A DNA stretch of 64,000 nt from a virus. The translations under genes were made by a program, and so were the position numbers. Within the stretch, counting starts at the first letter, position 1. The number at the start of each line of letters is the position of its first letter. Location of the stretch: the IMG/VR virus record IMGVR_UViG_3300020020_000028, positions 9,961 to 73,960 of that record; one strand, given 5' to 3'. The notes below the pieces were generated by a model. That model worked only from the letters and a program-made list of their open reading frames with translations. It searched no databases and was not told the origin of the DNA. Shown here one piece after another: positions 61,929-64,000 of the stretch.

Positions 61929-63722
61929 ATGACCCTCGACTTCTCACAGTGCCGTCTCCCTCCCTTCAAACACCAACGCGAGGATGTCGCGTGGTTGATG
62001 CGCAATCCGTTCGCCTTGATTGCCTCAGAGATGCGGACCGGCAAAAGTAAGATCGTCATCGACGCGTGTCAGTTCCTCTACCAAGAGGGGAAGATTGATA
62101 AAGTCGTGGTCGTAGCTCCATCTCCGGTGCGCGACGTGTGGGCTGATAAAGATCTCGGTGAGATCGCCAAACACGCATGGGTCGAGATCCCGAATCGCGT
62201 CACGCAGTATCACAAGAGGTTAAGGAGTTGGACCAATAAAGAGTCCGATTCCTATCTCGAATGGTATGTCACGAACTTTGAATTCATCCGCGGAGATCGA
62301 CTAGAGGAACTCATCGAGGTCTGTGACCGAAAGACATTTCTCGTGCTCGATGAAGGATCATTCGTCAAGAATTTCAAATCCTTGCAGACACAAGCGTGCA
62401 TGGAACTCCGCAAGAAATGCGGACGTGTGACCATTCTCAACGGGACACCCATCTTCCATAGTCCTCTCGATCTCTTCAGTCAGGGGAATTTGCTCTCCTA
62501 CTCGATTCTCCAATGTAAGTACCTCACACAATTCAAAGCTCGTTACGCGATCCAGACGCCGGTACTTGGGTACGGCGGAAAACCCATAAAGAAAGTCGTT
62601 GGGAAAGGTCGGTTTACCAAAGAGATCATTCTTCAGGACATCACCGGCTGGACGAATCTCGAAGACATTCAGGCCCGCTTCGAACCCTATACCGTGAGAC
62701 GGTTACAAGCTGAGTGTCTGGATTTGCCACCGAAACTCGATCCTGTGACACTCACAGCGGTCATGGAACCTAGCGAGTGGAAACAATATAAGCAGATGCG
62801 TGATGAGTTTGTGGTCTGGCTCAACACGTCTCAGGTAGTCACGTCATCAACTGCGGCGATCAAGGCGCTACGTCTCTCACAGATGACCGGAGGATTCCTG
62901 AGCGGTGTAGAAGATGCAGGAATTGAGGAATCGACGCTAGAAGAGGAACCGGCTCCGGCATGGCTCGATGAATATCTAGGAGAGGATAATGGACGACAAC
63001 GATTTCGAGATGATCAAGAAGGGATTTCTTCTACTGGACAGCAGACTAGAAGCGATGCACGAAACGATGAAGGAGATCCTACTAGAATTGTTAAGAGCAC
63101 GACAGTTGAGATAGGCCGCGCGAAACTCGATGTACTTCTCTGGTTCATTGAACAACGACTAGAAGCGGACCCGAATCTGCATCTTGTGGCCTGGACACGT
63201 TTCCGTGCGGAACTCGAACGCATGGTTATGGAAGTTGGAAAACTATGCACATGTAAACACAGTAAAGACGAACATGACGAACATGGGTGCAACCATAAGA
63301 TTGGCATCTCAAAATGTTCGTGTGAGAAGTTTGTGCAACTGTTTCAGGTCGGGTATATTCGTGGTGGGCAAACACGCGTAGAACGTCTAGCGGCACTCTC
63401 CTTACTCCATCCCGATACATCCCCCACAGGACCGGTGTTCGTGGGTGGCATCGAAGGTACCGGATCCTTCGGTCTAAACATGACTGCGGCACACACGTGT
63501 GTCACAATGTCGAGTGGGTACTCACCGGGCAAATCGGCACAGACCTTAGATCGCGTGTATGGTCCTGGACAGAAGCATCCTATTGCCTACTTCGATATCA
63601 TTGCTGTGGGGCCGAGTGGGCAGAAAACGATTGATCACGATATCCTCGTCACGAGACGTGCGGGTGAAAGTATCGCTACGCGTACGGCGGCTGCGTGGGT
63701 GAAAGCAATGAGTGAAGAATAA
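61929..63722 (+). CDS. SNF2-like helicase
   Basis: EMRTGKS, VLDEGS, LNGTP, GLNMTAA, QTLDRVY. Confidence 0.85.
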   Translation: MTLDFSQCRLPPFKHQREDVAWLMRNPFALIASEMRTGKSKIVIDACQFLYQEGKIDKVVVVAPSPVRDVWADKDLGEIAKHAWVEIPNRVTQYHKRLRSWTNKESDSYLEWYVTNFEFIRGDRLEELIEVCDRKTFLVLDEGSFVKNFKSLQTQACMELRKKCGRVTILNGTPIFHSPLDLFSQGNLLSYSILQCKYLTQFKARYAIQTPVLGYGGKPIKKVVGKGRFTKEIILQDITGWTNLEDIQARFEPYTVRRLQAECLDLPPKLDPVTLTAVMEPSEWKQYKQMRDEFVVWLNTSQVVTSSTAAIKALRLSQMTGGFLSGVEDAGIEESTLEEEPAPAWLDEYLGEDNGRQRFRDDQEGISSTGQQTRSDARNDEGDPTRIVKSTTVEIGRAKLDVLLWFIEQRLEADPNLHLVAWTRFRAELERMVMEVGKLCTCKHSKDEHDEHGCNHKIGISKCSCEKFVQLFQVGYIRGGQTRVERLAALSLLHPDTSPTGPVFVGGIEGTGSFGLNMTAAHTCVTMSSGYSPGKSAQTLDRVYGPGQKHPIAYFDIIAVGPSGQKTIDHDILVTRRAGESIATRTAAAWVKAMSEE

Positions 63723-63976
63723 TGCAACCAGTCTTCGGACAACTCCGACAGTGGCGTGTTCTCTACACACTGACTGGTGGGATGTTTCCAAGTATCGATT
63801 TTATTGATGGTCACGCTGTGCCACGTGTGTTGAGGAAGACAATTCTAGCGGAAACACCAAGTGAAGCGGAACAAATCGCAAAGATTAACTGTCGCATCGT
63901 TGCAACTGGCCCATATCATAGACCAGAAGTTTCAATACCGACGATTCTAGCGGTGAAGCCGTGGGTGAAGTTATAA
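63722..63976 (+). CDS. Hypothetical protein
   Basis: TAATG coupling to helicase. Confidence 0.5.
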   Translation: MQPVFGQLRQWRVLYTLTGGMFPSIDFIDGHAVPRVLRKTILAETPSEAEQIAKINCRIVATGPYHRPEVSIPTILAVKPWVKL

Positions 63977-64000
63977 GACATGGAATCAGATAGTCCCTTC

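Overview
A 64 kb segment of a tailed dsDNA phage (or prophage) genome; the host cannot be assigned from the sequence. Left arm (1-19.5 kb, minus strand): TerS, TerL, a portal fused to a 2H-phosphoesterase, a run of head-associated polyvalent proteins, small genes and a primase-helicase. The polyvalent proteins carry GNAT, PD-(D/E)xK, ParB-like, zincin and ADP-ribosyltransferase domains, most preceded by one of three recurring short peptide tags. Right arm (19.8-64 kb, plus strand): many small genes with repeated sigma70 promoters (several leaderless), DUF932, TOPRIM, a metallophosphoesterase, Ro60/TROVE, a nucleotidyltransferase, PolA, a methyltransferase with a six-fold repeated catalytic motif, beta-clamp, a DEDDh exonuclease, Nampt-like plus Prs-like genes (NARP1-like) and an SNF2 helicase. 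The most striking feature is at 41070-43364, directly upstream of Ro60: a tandem array of 13 Y-RNA-like units. They share one scaffold (stem-GGGUCG-stem-UUAUC-[cargo]-stem-CUUAUCC-stem), but each carries a different cargo: circularly permuted tRNAs opened at different positions, anticodon-less tRNA elbows, or bare hairpins with anticodon-like loops. Other CCA-ending mini-RNAs and a tRNA-Ser lie between them. All calls come from manual motif and base-pairing inspection; no searches were run.
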